Assembly (NCBI RefSeq): GCF_902459465.1
Contig: NC_047070.1
Location: forward strand, 18,290,001-18,354,000
Source of the DNA: Asterias rubens
Lineage: Eukaryota
Reading direction: 5' to 3'
DNA length: 64,000 bases
The notes under the pieces are model-generated. The model saw only the letters and a program-made list of their open reading frames with translations, was not told the DNA's origin and made no database searches. The position numbers and the translations under genes were made by a program. Below are positions 24,241 through 38,743 of this stretch, one piece after another; the stretch's first letter is position 1, and each line of letters begins with the position of its first letter.

Positions 24241-26519
24241 ACATTTTTCTCGTAAAAGTGCCCATTACCAGAGGGAAATTGCTCTGCCCCTTCAAGAGTG
24301 AAGTCCAAGGCCTGAAACGGTCTGCCTTTAGTCAGCCCAGAAAAAAATGGCATGAATACAGGTCATCTGGCGTGAAGTGCTTTTTTAAAACAACAAAAGT
24401 AGAAACGGTAGTTTGCACGAATGATGTAATTCTTGAATTGAGGGTTATGAATAACTACTTTCCGTCTTTTCCCCCACTGATGAAGTACTGTCAACTCAGC
24501 TCTTTTCAAACACCACAGAAAACATGTCCGTGTCATAGAGCTATATCTCAGAATTAGACAAGATTTAATAACACACACTATGCTGGCCACCATCGAATCC
24601 CTAACTGTTGGGTAAGCATTATACAAAGTGTGGACCTACGAACAAAAGAGGTCTCCAGAAGGTAAAGTTTTGGAAACACAATGTGAACTTTAACACACGT
24701 CTACACAAGGTTTTTACCAGTGCTAAAGAACAAGATTGCTTTGTGAAACCAACACAGAAATGTCCACAGATTGGCTGCAACACGAAGCTGTAAGCTTGAC
24801 CTGTATTATATGATGGGTCCACACTATTTTCTCAATGGCGAAAAATGCTTCCTGCTATGGTCCGAGTCAAGTCAGACACAACTTGAATCCATTCTCTTGA
24901 GATAAGAGAATATGTTTTGACCACGGCAGGCAAAATTATGAAAACTACTTGATCTTGAAGAGAAAAATATATACAAAAACCACCCTGTGGATGTTGCATC
25001 TACTAAATAAAAAAAGACACTCAAAGAAGGTAACCAGTATGATTAGCTTATGATTTGATAGCCAATGCCATAATGGTTTCTACTTTGTTTAACTTTTGTA
25101 CATTTATTTTCTGTAACATTTTTTAATTCTACAATTTAGTGCTGTTTATCCTGTTTTGTTTTGTATTGATGTAACAGGCTTTTAGGATGATGCCTCCTTG
25201 TGCAAATGTAGAAATAAAGTGTTCTATTGAACTGAACTGAAAATTTCTTAGATCTAACAGGTCTTATGTGGTTTATAGGTTGCGTCAAACATACTACTAA
25301 TAACTACTAGCATTTATTTGCTCTTGCACACCAAAAGATTAATTACTAGCCACCTTCATCGGGTAAAAACGTATCCATGAAACTCTGTTAACTCCTGAAG
25401 AGTATGGGAAAAAAACTGTATCAATCACAACAACTGTCAACCTTCACAGGTATCCATTTGACTCCTGTGAGATGAGAAGCAAGGTTTTATTGTCTTACTC
25501 AAGGAGAAAAATTGACTGGGATTCTTACTCGAGGGGAAAAAATTGACTGAGACTCTAACAAACAGTCTGACATCAAAAACTTGACGTGATATTTTTGTGC
25601 CTTATATGAGGACAAAATTCAGGACTAACCAACAGTCCAATTACTGGGACGTCAGAAACTTGATGAGAAGTAAGTTTTAGTGCCTTATTCAAGGACAAAT
25701 TGAATGGGAGTCAAATCAATAATCCAATGACTTGGAGATCAGAAACTTGAGTCCTTCGCATTAAACCACAAGTCTCGGAACGCCAAACCAATGAAAACTA
25801 GTGGAGTAGGTTATTCACAGTCACTTATATCTTCTTTGTCAGATTCATCAACACAGTCAGTTAAAGGCAAAGTATACATTTGGTGTTTGTAACCATCTGC
25901 TTTAAAAAAAAAAAACACCTGTGAAAATTTCATTTCAAAGGGGGTAGCCTATATTAGATGTTGCCGAACATCGGCACAGGGAGCATAATCCATTACTGCA
26001 ATACATGATCTGACAAAATTATCTGACAAAAACGTTTCTCAGTTTCAAACTTTCGGGGATGAACACTGTAACCTTTGTCCGTAACTGCATCACGATGATT
26101 CAAATTGAAATGTGCAGTATGAAATCTTTGAAACCACCATTTTGTCTTCAACTAAACAAAATTGTAACAAAGCCATTAACAGGAATCGCGTTCTCACCTG
26201 TTATACCTTTTTTATGTATATTGTAAGAGTTCATGTGTGGTTTCTTACTTTTCTTTAAAAGAGAAAAAATCAAACAAACAAACAAACCACAGTATGAACT
26301 TGATTACAAACAAACCCGGTTTTGTTTTCTATAAGATGGAAACATACTTCCAGATAACTGGCAACAGTATATTAAATTACAAACTCTAAGCTGTCTTTAA
26401 TTGACAAATGCAAATGTAATACCTTGGTTTTACTTATGTGTCTTCTATGTTTTTAAAAATATCATTATATTACATTGAGACATGTGATTATTTGTGCGCT
26501 TTTTCTCTCTCTCCCCAAA

Positions 26520-29500
26520 TCATGACGACGACTGTGCCTTCCGCAACGTGATAAAATACTTGAAGAACTCGTAGACTGACCAGGATAGAGCAGTGGCGGG
26601 CATCTGAAAGATGATCCTCGCCTGGAGGCCCTTGAAGTAACCCCTGACCCCACTCATCTGGTACACCGTTCTGAAGGCGTTAACCATGCCTTTAATTTCA
26701 GTCTGTTGGGCTCCTAGGGCCAGGACGTTCTTCTCTTGTGTGTTGAGCAGCGTCTTGCAAACATCCAGCGGCGTGGTGACGGCCGCGGCTACGGCGCCGG
26801 ACACCGCCCCGGAGAACATGTGACTGGTGGGGTGGTACTGCCGGCCCGGGTTCAGAAACTCCTGGCCGAGCTCGTAGGTGACAAAGTGGATGCTCTGGAA
26901 GGGTATGTTCATGGTGAGCTGTGTGGTGTAGCTCCGGTAGAAAGCATGCATGCCCTCAGTTCTTAGTATAGTCCTGATACATTCGGTAACGTTCTTATAA
27001 GGGCTTTTGAACATCTGCATGCGCTGCTTGATCACTGATTGAACCAAGATGATAGGAGTGTTGTTTTGGCATTAGTCCATGTGATGACCATCGAAGCAAA
27101 GTGAACAGCAACAGGAATGAATATACCATAGACAGAGAGAGGGGGAAAAATAGTGGCATAGCATTAGTCAAACATGTTACTTCTAATTCATAAGCCATGT
27201 ATATGATTTGAATGTTACATGTAGATCATATCCGAATGGTTGGCATGGCTGAAACCATCCAACTCAAAACTTAAACCTGGACTCAATTTCAACAGGTGTT
27301 TAGCAGAAGGAAAAACTGCTCACAAAAAGTCTGCAAGGATTTATGAAGGTGTGGCCATCATCAACTAGGAGCCTGACAGGTACAGCAGAATGTACAGAGG
27401 GCACACGTGTCATGACCTGGACTCAAATCCACACTCTGCTACTGACAACACCATAGCTTTGGTCTGATGAACTAAACTGCTCGGCCAAGATAACACACCT
27501 CGCATCTGGGATCGATTTCACAAAGAGTTATGACTACTAGGAGATCTTAAAAACATACGGCTAGTCCTAAGTTAGGACGAGTTAAGAGATAAGACAAGTC
27601 TTAACTCTCTAGTGCAAACACTTGCGTGTCAAGTTATCTTTACCGCGGAGGAACTCCACAAGACATCGTGTTCCAAGCCAGATTTCTGACAGAGTTGTAA
27701 AATAATCCGAAGTGAAGTACTTAACATACCTTCAACAGGATTCATCGCTGCATCATGTAGTAAAGTAGCGATACTCCCCGCACAGGCTGAAAGACAGAGA
27801 GAGATCAAAACAGTATCCCGTACTCCAGGCCCTCATCATGAGGGAACAGACATTAGTGAGTTGGGGGGGGGGGGGGGAGGGAGGGACATTGACCCAAATT
27901 CATTAAGCTATTTAGCAGAAAATACTGCTCGAAAAATTTCTGCACTAAGCAAAGTTTGAGTGGGACACCAGTCACAACAATGTAAACTTAAATGTGATTT
28001 TGGCTTGTAATCTGTATTTTGTTAAGCATTACTTTGTGTGCCTATAGACTTAATGAAATTGGGCCCTGGTGGACAGTGGAACATTGAGGGAGTAGCCTAG
28101 CAATGTCTTCGGCCAACTACAGCAGCCCAATTGCCGGACTATGTAAAGGCAGGGTTGAAATTGGCTCCAATTATAAATTATACTTTGATGTTAGTTTAAG
28201 GTTTCAGGTAATAGTTACAACACTAGTTTCAACCAAAACAAAAGTTTGGAAAGTCGACTTTGAAAATGTGTAAGCCTCGACTGAATAAATTGTTCTTGTT
28301 CTCAGAATTTGTATGTATTGGGTCTTGGTAGCTCCTTAGCAACAGATGTATATGTAGTGTATGTAATATCATTCCGCAATTGTAGCAACTGTCTCTCGTG
28401 TGAATAATTCAAACTTAAGTCGTCACTTCTTACTTATCAAGTCACTGCACCAGACATCATTCAAACGCAACTCGCTTAATATCTGTTAGATGAGCTCAAT
28501 GAGTTTCAAATAAGACAGTTTGGGTTGATTTGTCGTGAAAGCGTGGCTAACTGGATTGCTTGATATTATTACTTACCATCTCTCAGCATCTTTCAAAAGA
28601 TAAAAATGCAACGTTATCGAACAAAAGTTTAACACAAGATGTTAGCATTGGGAGGACGAACACATGTAATTGCTTGATGGTGTGAAGCAGATGGACTTAT
28701 ATAGAAAAGTAATCTGTACACATTTGTGTAACCTTGGAGTTTGGGGTGCCAAGTGACTTTTGCTTCAACAACCAGAGTTCCCCTTATAACTAAGTACCCC
28801 ACCTTCATCAACCAAAATGTTGTAAATATAAGTAAATTCATAACATACCATTACATAACATTTACAAATATACACTGGAAAGCTGGCACAGAGCCTTATA
28901 TTGTATTGACTACCAAATACCACCAATGTTTACCCAGCGTTATATGTACTGAAGAACACAGTATTAACACAAAGTATTGAGCTCGGCCAGTGAACTATAT
29001 AAATATGAAAGTCATTTTTAATTTGGCATTTTCAAGTAAGGAGGTTTAGGGCCACTCTTCTAGAAAGCAATGCTTGTGCACATGTGTACTCCACAATACT
29101 AGGCATTCTTCGCATACACAGCTAGCGCAAAAATCCAGCTCTTTCACAGCAAGCAGAGAACGGTAAGCGTGTTTGCGGAACTCGGAGATAAGCAGAGCCA
29201 TGGAATTGGGTCATACAGTGATACAGGTTTTCTTTACAGTAAAGGGCAGCTCAATGAAGGCAAACATAAATTTCTGTTAGAACATTTTAAGCGGCACAAT
29301 GACCAGTAGAGTGACAAAACTTGTAACAATATACATGAAGCAATGGTAGTCAATCATACAATACACTGAACAAACCATAGACACAAACCAGTCCTTTGAT
29401 TGGAATGGTTTTCTTATCATCACACACATACCGTTCGCTAGAGGGTTCTGTCCCGGTCTGGCACTCAGCATCTGCTTTAACTTTTCATAACTAGCAAAGT

Positions 29501-32500
29501 ACAGAGCATGGGCTGGTCCGGCACCACACGCAACTGCGTTAAGTCCTCGTACCATGCCGAAGGGTCCTTCTCTGCGAATTATTGTTGTTAGGCCGTTAAA
29601 AACATTCTTATAGCTTGCATCTGGAGACGGTCGAATCGTCTGCATTCTTGTCTGTGGATTGGGATTACAATTGGAGAAAATCAAATTAATTTAAATTATT
29701 TTCTAGGATTTGAATCTTACACAGTGCACATGCAGGTAGTTGCCTCTCTCTCTTTTATTTCTTTCCATTTGACTGTTTCTGTTACTATATCTGTTTGATG
29801 CGCTGTGTTTCTGCGGGGGTCGAAATGTCAGGCAATTAAATTTTGTTTTTGCATTATAAAATTTAGGGTAGGCGGTTGAATCCCAGAAGGGATGAGCTCA
29901 ATCTGAGCCTTCAGTAGCTCAAATTAAGCCCCTGTGTAATGTCAGGATAAACCCCAGAGAAGCTCAAATTAAGCCCCTGTGTAGTCCAAGGAATGAAAGA
30001 AGAGTGACTAAAACAGCTCCTTTTATATATTTTTAAATACTTGTCAACACTTGTGACCATTAAAATGGTCACAAGTGTTGACAATTTGTTCTTGGTAAAT
30101 CGGAATAACAAAATGATTTGAAGGTGAACAGACTATGTTGTCTCCCAAAGGTTTTTAAAATTGACCAACTAGTTCACTGTGCGAGGTCGAGGAAAACTAG
30201 TCCCCAGTGCGAAGCCGAGGGAACTAGTTTTGACAACTTTCAATAAGAACCAAACACTGCACACAAACCATACCCTGAACATCTAATGATCCGCTTTAAC
30301 AAGAGACCAGTCAAACACGATCCATCGAGAGAGGGCGCTGTTGTTGTTAGCGCCCTCATGAGATTGAGTAGTCGTTCTGTAACAGCTGTTTGTGAATGGA
30401 ATGAAAACTTAAAGAAAGGAAACGCCTCTTGAATGGAAAACCTTTCCAGGTAATTTGCTAATAATACAGTGCCTTGGTGCCCTTTCATCTGCCCTAGCTG
30501 CCCTCCAATTTGGACCGCTCCAAGCAAGGTTTTAGCCAGGATTAGGTAATTTTAGGGTGTCAAAATTTCTTGGAAATTTAAAAAATACACGTAGGTGTCC
30601 AAGTTTTCTATTTATACATAAATTTACATATTTTGTATGATATATAAAACATGGTGTGCATTTAAGACACTATGGCTAAAAATGGCTCCAAGGCCAAAGT
30701 GGCCTTGCCCTAAAAAAACGGGTATAAAAATTGAACCTATTTATCTTGAGAAACTATGTACACTAGCAACTTATTTGTGCAGGTAAACTTAATGAATGGA
30801 TATACTGCGTTACAGCAACAGAGTGCAGTTATCAAGCAAATTATCTATACTAAGACCTTTGACCTTGTCTTCCACTCAATGCGATCAATATCTGCATTCA
30901 TTCAAGTTGAGACCACATGTTTGTTTTGGAGGCTCTTCAAATCACCCAGCAGAGGTGATCGCTGCGTTACAATCCACACATGAAATATGTATCGCACCCC
31001 TTACGATATGTGTACTATTACTAAGCACAACATGTGTGCCCCTATTGTTGTAATGTACACAAACTATGATAGCAACAAATACATGACATATAATCATATC
31101 AAATATTATCAGATGCAACGTTTTCAATGGTACCAGTTCACTTGCCATTTCACTAGTCTGTCCTCTTTCTTAACTACGTGTAGTGTGCTTTTCAACAGTA
31201 AACAGGTAGCCAGCCGGACCAGCTGGAGATAATTTTGACTGGTCCTCGGTAGTTTTAACTGCCATTTGACCAGCACACCAGTGTTAAGGGGAGAACGCTG
31301 CTAAAATATCAAAAAAAGTCATAATAAAGAACGATGTACAATGTACAAAATTCTATTAGGGATCCTTTGAAAGGGCACTAAGGCCAATAGCAGGGGCGAT
31401 GAAGGTTGTGGCCTCCAAGTAACTCCAGGCCTGTAAATGTCAGAATTTAAGTTGTAAAAGATCTGGGCCAAATACCTTATTTACAATGTAATAACTTGGC
31501 CAGTTTTTGCATATTGGTACATGTTGTTCAATGTTCTTTTCTATGGCTGCAGTTACAATAGAGGCATGGAATTACATGGAGGCAATTGCCTCTGTTGCCC
31601 TGGGCTTGGCCTTTGTGCACCTTGTAAAGTGACCCATAGACTAAAAGATTTTCAAATAGAAGTGCCCGCTGCAAAATAATAATGGCCACACTCTCTCAAT
31701 AGAAAAAAATCCCACGCCTGACAATGATTTGCAAGGTTGTGACATACACTGTACAATACAATGAGTATCCCAAACCACACAGCGTTGCTTAAATAAATTA
31801 TAAATTAGGTATTACTATTAGGCTACTTGAATGAAGTCTATCCGTGTTTACAGAAGGTGGGAACCAGTGGTCAGTGGGCACAAGGACAGTGACTTGACAA
31901 ATTTGTTATCAACGCACTTTCGTTAACAAGGATGTAATGTATACAAATATCCATTGGTCTAAAAAAGGGGTGTCATTGTAGCTGGTACAATAAAATGGAC
32001 AAGGGTGCTACACATGTATATATTAAACTGTACACTACAGGTACACAAGTGCGTACATGTACTGCTAACTGCAGTACATGAACATGAAGGCCTTCATGTA
32101 CACTGTAAATTATAAAGTTCATGCATGCGCATAGAAATAATGTACATGTCAGGTTAATGTAATAGACATGAAACAAAATTCTGAAATCTTACTGACACAA
32201 AAGCATTCAAACATATTAAGCTGAAGTCTACTCTGATCAAAGCACTGTAAATAAATTCATAATTATTTACAGACTGTCTGCAATGAACCGAATTGCATAA
32301 AATTTGGGATTTGGGCGTTTCTCAGGGAGTCCAATCGGCACAGCGAATTTCATATAAATCTGTGACGATCAAAGGTTAAAAGCAAGTACTGTTGAATTGA
32401 CACGGAATGACCCTAATATCACGAAACTAGCATTGGACATACATTTTAATTACTTCACATAAGGAAACTGACCAATAAAAATATATCTAACCCAACAAAA

Positions 32501-35500
32501 TCCTGAAGTCCCAGGCCTGTGTTACAAACTTCACTTTTAGTAATTTTTCCCTGTGAAATATTTCCCACACACACTTGTTGTTATTGTACAATAACAGGTA
32601 AAATGGGCTGACAATCTGTTTGATATTTTCTACAAACTGTGGCAACCTTGAGGAAATTTTCACACATTGATTGTTCATTGAGAACTACTCCAAATATATA
32701 GATACCATTGATACCATTCAACAGGATCATTGTGTAACATGAAATTAACTGCTGAGTCAACTCGTCAACTGTGACTAGTGTCCCGCTCATTTTTGCTTTG
32801 CAGAAGCGTGTAAAAGCAATATTCTGCTTTGAAGCAGATGAAGACGGGAGACTGTTAGTGTTATGTCAGACTACTGTATAAAATCCTTGTTAAGCCAATT
32901 GAAACAAAATTGCGATACAAGAGTACACGAAGCAGCTGTTCACAAGGCAACCCTCATTAATATTCAGCGTAACACAAAACACTTCTTCAAACATCAGTTT
33001 TACTACCAGTAACAATTAACTCGATGCAAGGACAGAAAGACAAGTGTTAAAATGGAATTACTACCGAGTTCCCTGTAGACAAATCTAGTTCTCACTACAT
33101 TTCACATTCATGTAATTTCCTTGGTTATATTTATTTCCACCAACAATTATTAATGTTTCCAATAAAAGTCTGAAAAAAAAAAAATTGTAGCTTGCTTCCC
33201 ATCCTAATGGTTTTAAATGATTCTTTAAAGACACTGGCCACTATTGGTAATTTTTTAAAGACTGAGTCTTCTCACTTGGTGTATCTCAACATATATATGA
33301 TTAAAATAACAACCCTGTGAAAATTGGAGCTTAATTGGTCGTCGAAGTTGCGAGAAAATAAAGAAAGAAAAAAATACCCTTGTCACACGCAGTTGTGTGC
33401 TTTTAGATGCTTGATTTCGAGACCTCAAATTCTAAATCTGAGGTCTCAAAATCAAATTGTGGAAAGTTACTTCTTTCTAGAAAACTACGTCACTTCAGAG
33501 GGAGCCATTTCTCACAATCAACCTCTTACATGTACCTCTCCCCATTACTCGCTTCTAAGTAAGGTTTTATGCTAATAATTATTTTGAGTAATTACAGACA
33601 GTGACCACTGTCTTTAAGTAACTGTCAATCGTTACAGTTTAATCCTGAAATTTTGGGGAAGGAGGGGTAAAGAACACTTTCTCATCCCCTAATTGAGTCA
33701 ACTTTAATATCAAGGCCGAAGGTCATGGATACCAGTATCATAAGCAAGCTTTGGTTAGTATTTCTTTGCATGCACTTTGTTTGTTCACAAATGCAACTAA
33801 TGCGATCACTTCTCATTGAAAATTCAACGATTACATTCATCAAAGTTTATGGGTGTACATAAAAATAGTATAAATCATGGGATTATTTTTTGTACATTTT
33901 TATAAAAAGACATCATATGAATGATTCATTGCGCTTCACTGGACGCATGGACGCCAGAAGCAGCATGTGTTTACACAACAGCCTCCTAGCCCCAGGCCTC
34001 CAAAGCTGGGTCACAGAACTTTGATTACAAAACTCATCATCATCTCTTTGAGAGGAACAAACAAGTTGGCTCTTTTCAGAATTAAGCCAGCCAACTACAG
34101 GAGAGATGGGGCAAGGGCATCAAGGCATGTTAAAGGGCACCCTATGGTAAAGGGCACCCTATGAGGAAATTGTAAACTTCTAATGGAGCATCCTCAGGCC
34201 TACACCAACATGTAGACTCTCAAATCTAACCTCATACTAGATTTTTTTAAAAGTATTTGGCTTGTTTTTCTTTCATGATTGGGTGGAGTTACTGGATATT
34301 TACATTTTGGGCGGGAGTTGGGAGCAAATCTTTCAATCTGAAAGGGGGAGGGCTATTGACGATAATCAAACTATTCATTTGTGCATTTTTGATTTAATTT
34401 CATGGTGAGAGGGATTGGGGCGAAGGTTCTGATTTGAGGGGACACGCCTCGTTTTTGGTTACGCCACTGCACAGTTGATAATAGCCAAAAATTGCTATAA
34501 AGAACCATTCGATTGAGTGTGAAGAAAAGTTCTCACATGTTTGGCTAACTGTCTCCATTTGGTAATACAAATATAACCTTGAATGTCTAAATATCACCAT
34601 AAAAATGAAAATTTTGAAGAAAAAAACACAACAAAAATCTATCCCTGTGAAAAGATTATCTCCAGACAGGAAAATCAGTCCAGCGAAACCAAACGGTACA
34701 CACTTTAGAGTCAGAAAATACCAACGTAATGAACAACGCATTGTCCTCTTTTCAACTGTCATTATACAACTTTTACATTGATCATCAAAATGGATTCAAA
34801 AAGCTTAAAGGAATGAAAGAAAAAGATTTAAACTGTTCACTGCATACTTCTCCCCGGCACCTCCGGGACGCGCACTGTTGGAATTGAAACTTACATTAGA
34901 GGTAGGGAGGGACCCTGCAAACAAAAATTGCATAATTTGATTTATAAAAAAGCTTTCTCAGCTATGATATTTGGCAATTAAAAAAAAGTATGGACATTTG
35001 TTGAGTAAGGGTTGTCCTATATGTGCGTGCATAATATGCATGGAATACTTGATGTAGGCTTTTATGACATTTCAGCTATTCTGTAACTGACTTGTGAAAT
35101 GACAAGCTAGTCTGGCCCTGCTGGTCAGTCTAACTCCATGGTAGAACCATGGAGGATTCCTCAACAGACAAACCCTGATTAGTTGTTGTCTCAGCTGGAC
35201 TTCATTTGTGTACAAATAGCTAGTGCTGAACTGACTAAAACAAATAACAATTCTCAAGAAAAGATTGTCATTACTCGCCATAAACACTCTGTATAAGTGT
35301 TTAAATAGTTGTGTGGACCAAATCTTGACTACCCTGGCTGAAAATTCTAAGAAATGTTGAACGTAGTCGTAGTGTGTATACCTTCAGATCCAAAATATTT
35401 GCCCAGATAACAAACGTTTACAAAACTATCCTTTCTGTAAACTCACCAATAGTGAAAATGGCATCATACAGCTCAGCTTTCATACAGGTAAAAGTGATCA

Positions 35501-36234
35501 AGTGTGTTGCGCAACACAATACATGTTACTACAAAAATATGTCCCCCTTCTTGAACAAGATTGGCACATGTTACTGTGAACAAGTACAAGTAGGTGTTGA
35601 TTAGTAATTATAACTTCTGTGGTTTAATTGCCCAGATAACCAACCGCCCCCTTTTCACTCGTGTTGACCAAACAAAAAAGTAATCTTTGTAAAAAAACAG
35701 ATTACTTTCTTAACCTTATTCTATTTGAAAGTTAAGTTTCATAATGAGTAGTGGCGATTCCTTCCTCCATACTTTTTGTGTTTGTTTATAATGTGAAGTC
35801 GTTTTTATAAAATTAAATAATAAGTCAAATCAAACTACGACAAATGACACCGACCCTGTTATGGGAAACATTGATTGGAGTGAGTGGAAGGAAGGGCAAG
35901 GTCGGTCACAAGGATCCGGAAAGTGGGTTTTCCTTCCTTCATTCAACCCTGCTGCCACTACTGCCAGCATTCAGTTTCACACAAACTCGATTCTCCTTCC
36001 AAAAACCTTTGCTTGAACCTGTGAACTCACTTTGACACAATCCACTGGATACATAACACAATGCTCCATGATCCCAGCAATAGCACCGGCCATCAGATGG
36101 GTCGTGAGCGTGGTGGTCTCCGGTAAACTTTCATAGTCGTACGATTCGTACTCTTCTGCACCGTGCTCCAACTTGGCTGCAAGGTGATGAGGGTTTGCGA
36201 TAGCATTGGTGTGTTCTTCACTGTCTTTGTCCAT
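26520..36234 (-). CDS. SLC25A37: Mitoferrin, mitochondrial iron carrier (SLC25A37/SLC25A28-like), 331 aa from ATG 36234
   Basis: Exons 36234-36031, 29651-29432, 27786-27730, 27034-26520 (996 nt, in phase). Carrier signatures [44 protein letters not shown]. Symbol given by best resemblance; invertebrates usually have one mitoferrin. Confidence 0.93.
30041..30084. other. Perfect 21-bp inverted repeat with a 2-nt spacer in mitoferrin intron 1
   Basis: TTGTCAACACTTGTGACCATT-AA-AATGGTCACAAGTGTTGACAA. Confidence 0.95.
33225..33617. mobile_element. Kolobok-like MITE copy (opposite orientation)
   Basis: TTAA-AGACACTGGCCAC...GTGACCACTGTCT-TTAA; interior matches the reverse complement of 794-1181. 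Confidence 0.85.
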
Positions 36235-36399
36235 GACTCGTCGGCGAAACGCCTCAAAATCATATTCTGGGATTAATGGCACACTTTCAGTTATCCTTGG
36301 TGAATGGATATTTCTAGGTGTCAACATAATTTCGAGGGATAAACAGCCTCCCAGAAATTTAAGCTCCGCAGATTTTCCCCACTCCACGTTTTGCCAAAA

Positions 36400-36870
36400 C
36401 GGCGGCCATGTTTTTAAAGGATGTTACCAAAAACGGATCACGTGACCAAATTGGAACAGCCGATTTTTTATACAGGGGGCCGGGGTTCGATAACTATAAT
36501 ACAGGAATGTTGACAAAATGTTGTTGACGTAAGGTTGTTCAATTTGTATTGTATGTAGCATCTTATGATATGTTATTAATAAATATATTTAACAACAAAT
36601 AAAACACATTTTCGTTATTTTTGTAGATATGCCATTATCAAATACTGTATTACCTCCAATAATGGTTTTAGTTTCATCCATACCGGAGACCCCGCGAGTT
36701 ACCGCATGCTCTTAAAACTGGTTCCGGATATGGATCCATTCTTACAAATGAATCAACATTTTTGTGAGTCTTGCACTGATTTGTTTATGCATAGAGTAAG
36801 GACTTTTGGATGACGTCAAAAATGTAGCTATTGGGTAACAAATTTATCCTGGCTCTAAACTGGTAAGTCT
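36400..36870. promoter_or_regulatory. Probable bidirectional promoter of mitoferrin (-) and SFR1 (+)
   Basis: YY1-like AACATGGCCGCC (-, about 36401-36412), E-box TCACGTGA near 36439, CRE TGACGTCA near 36811, donor CTG|GTAAGT at 36862. Confidence 0.55.
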
Positions 36871-37309
36871 TGTGTAACTTACACTGTAAGGTGGGTGTGT
36901 GCACGTGCACATAACAGGGTTAGAATTTGCTTGGTCATTCAATAGTGATATAGTGTTGTTACATAACTAGTTTGTTGACCTTTTGTGCATCCAATGTCAA
37001 AGGTTGAAAATGTGGGCTACAGATCTTGTTTACTAACATCACTGCGGGAAAAGTTGTGTATAAATCGACTTGAAAGTGGGGTTAAACAGGAGCAACAAAA
37101 ATAAGTGGGCTAGTCATGAGCATGATTGAAAGCTCGGAAATGCCATGTCAATATGTATGACTCAATCAAGCTCCAGATCTACTGCTGGCCAGAATGATCG
37201 AGTTACGACTATCAGTGTCAAACTAAGACAACATTTTTATAAAGAGGAGTGCAGTATTCCAGTGATTTACTGGTTTTCTTTAGTATGCTCTGATAGTCGT
37301 TGGGAGAAT

Positions 37310-37615
37310 GTCGCGCATGTCATGGCCAAGCGGTCAAGTCCCCCGACCCGAACCTCAGCTCTGGTGTTGTCATCAGCAAAGACTGGGTTCGAATCCTGGT
37401 CATGACACTTGTGCCCTTGAGCAAGGCAGGTTTGCGTGAAGGAAGTGCATTGTGCTCCACGAACAGGTTCTAGTGCTAGTGGATTATATTAATCCATACT
37501 GCGCCTACATAATGATAAGGGGGTAACCATGTTTCAGCCCCAGGAGTAGGTGGCAACATGAATCAGCTATTTAGTGTAGCCCTCATCTTCAAGTGGCTGT
37601 TTGTGTTTGGCAGTG
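37310..37615 (+). mobile_element. tRNA-derived SINE with CORE-like domain
   Basis: Head CATGGCCAAGCGG...GGTTCGAATCC followed by GTGCCCTTGAGCAAGGCA, resembling the CORE-SINE motif; shares TGTAGCCCTCA..TT(C)AAGTGGC tail with the copy at 18700-18900. Confidence 0.65.
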
Positions 37616-37762
37616 TAATGTTAGGCGATGTACTTCAGAAAAACAAATTAAAAAACTCTAATTCTTTAATCTATCTTGCTTGTCTAGGCTTTGATAGCTA
37701 TTAACTGATAGGAGTTAACTGACTTTGTTTTGGGTTGCTTTGGCTTTTTCTAGACAAATAGA

Positions 37763-38743
37763 ATGGACATTCCCACAGAAGAACACCAGCCTGATTGGAA
37801 GTCATTGCAGAGGCAGGTAGCCATCCACACTGAGACTTTGCGGAAACTCAAGATGGTCAAGATGTATAGAACAAAGGTATTGGGTTTTTATAATGGCTTT
37901 TACACCCTGGTAGTATAAAATTAAGGAACAAGCCACAAGCACTGTAGGCCCAAATTAAGAATAAATGTTGGTTTTGGGTGTGGGAGGAAAACACAGATGG
38001 GGGAAAAAAACATTCAATCAGGTTTGAAATCCAAATCCACATGCAAGGCTCTGGTCTGGGTGTGATTTGAACCATGGTCCACCACAGAGGTCAAAGGTTG
38101 GGAAAGAAAATCTTTTAAGGCAAATCTAAAGAATAAGTTGCGTTAATGCAATTTTTGGGGGATAACAGGAACTGTGAATTTCTAGGACTCCATTGTTCTG
38201 AGTAGGGTTTGGGATCTTTGTTTGTTTGATCTGCCTATAATAAGCATTAAGTAGTCGACACTTTGTTGAGTCTACTTACATGTTCGTGTGCTGTATATAG
38301 GAATCCTAAAGGGGTAAAAACCATATTAATTTTATTCTATTTGTTAAAACTGAAAAGTCACAAAAACAAAATAATCATTAACAACAGGCACAAATATTTT
38401 TTATTTAAGCTACCAACGAAGAAACAGCAATTTATATAGTTAATTAACAATTAAGATAATTAATGAAGATATTCAGAAAGAATTTTTGTGTGTGAAAATA
38501 TTCAGAAAAGAATATATACAAAAATATTCAGACTTTTTTTTCTTTTTTCGTCTTTCCCTGCAGAACAACCTTTCAGATCTTGAAGTACTGATTGAAAAAT
38601 GGCGTAGTGCCTGCCAGACTGCCCTAATGGAGTTGCACCAAAGACTGCCTGAGCCAAGGCCTACAATGGGAACGCTAATCACTGATTGGAAGATTGACCC
38701 TGACCTTTTGAACTTTGACCCAGATGGGGACTCGTTCACCTGA
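37763..38743 (+). CDS. SFR1: Swi5-dependent recombination factor SFR1/Mei5-like, about 97 aa
   Basis: Exons 37763-37876 and 38564-38743. [37 protein letters not shown] resembles the SFR1 C-terminal domain as recalled. Upstream donor at 36862 belongs to a probable non-coding exon. Confidence 0.85.

Noticed and set aside
25440-25760. Degenerate 85-100-bp tandem units resembling the SINE CORE motif
   Set aside because: Too decayed to define a unit reliably; most likely old SINE debris.
34440-34762. hAT-like end (CAGTGGCGTAACC, minus) and adjacent 120-aa ORF
   Set aside because: No matching second end and no transposase-like residues in the ORF.
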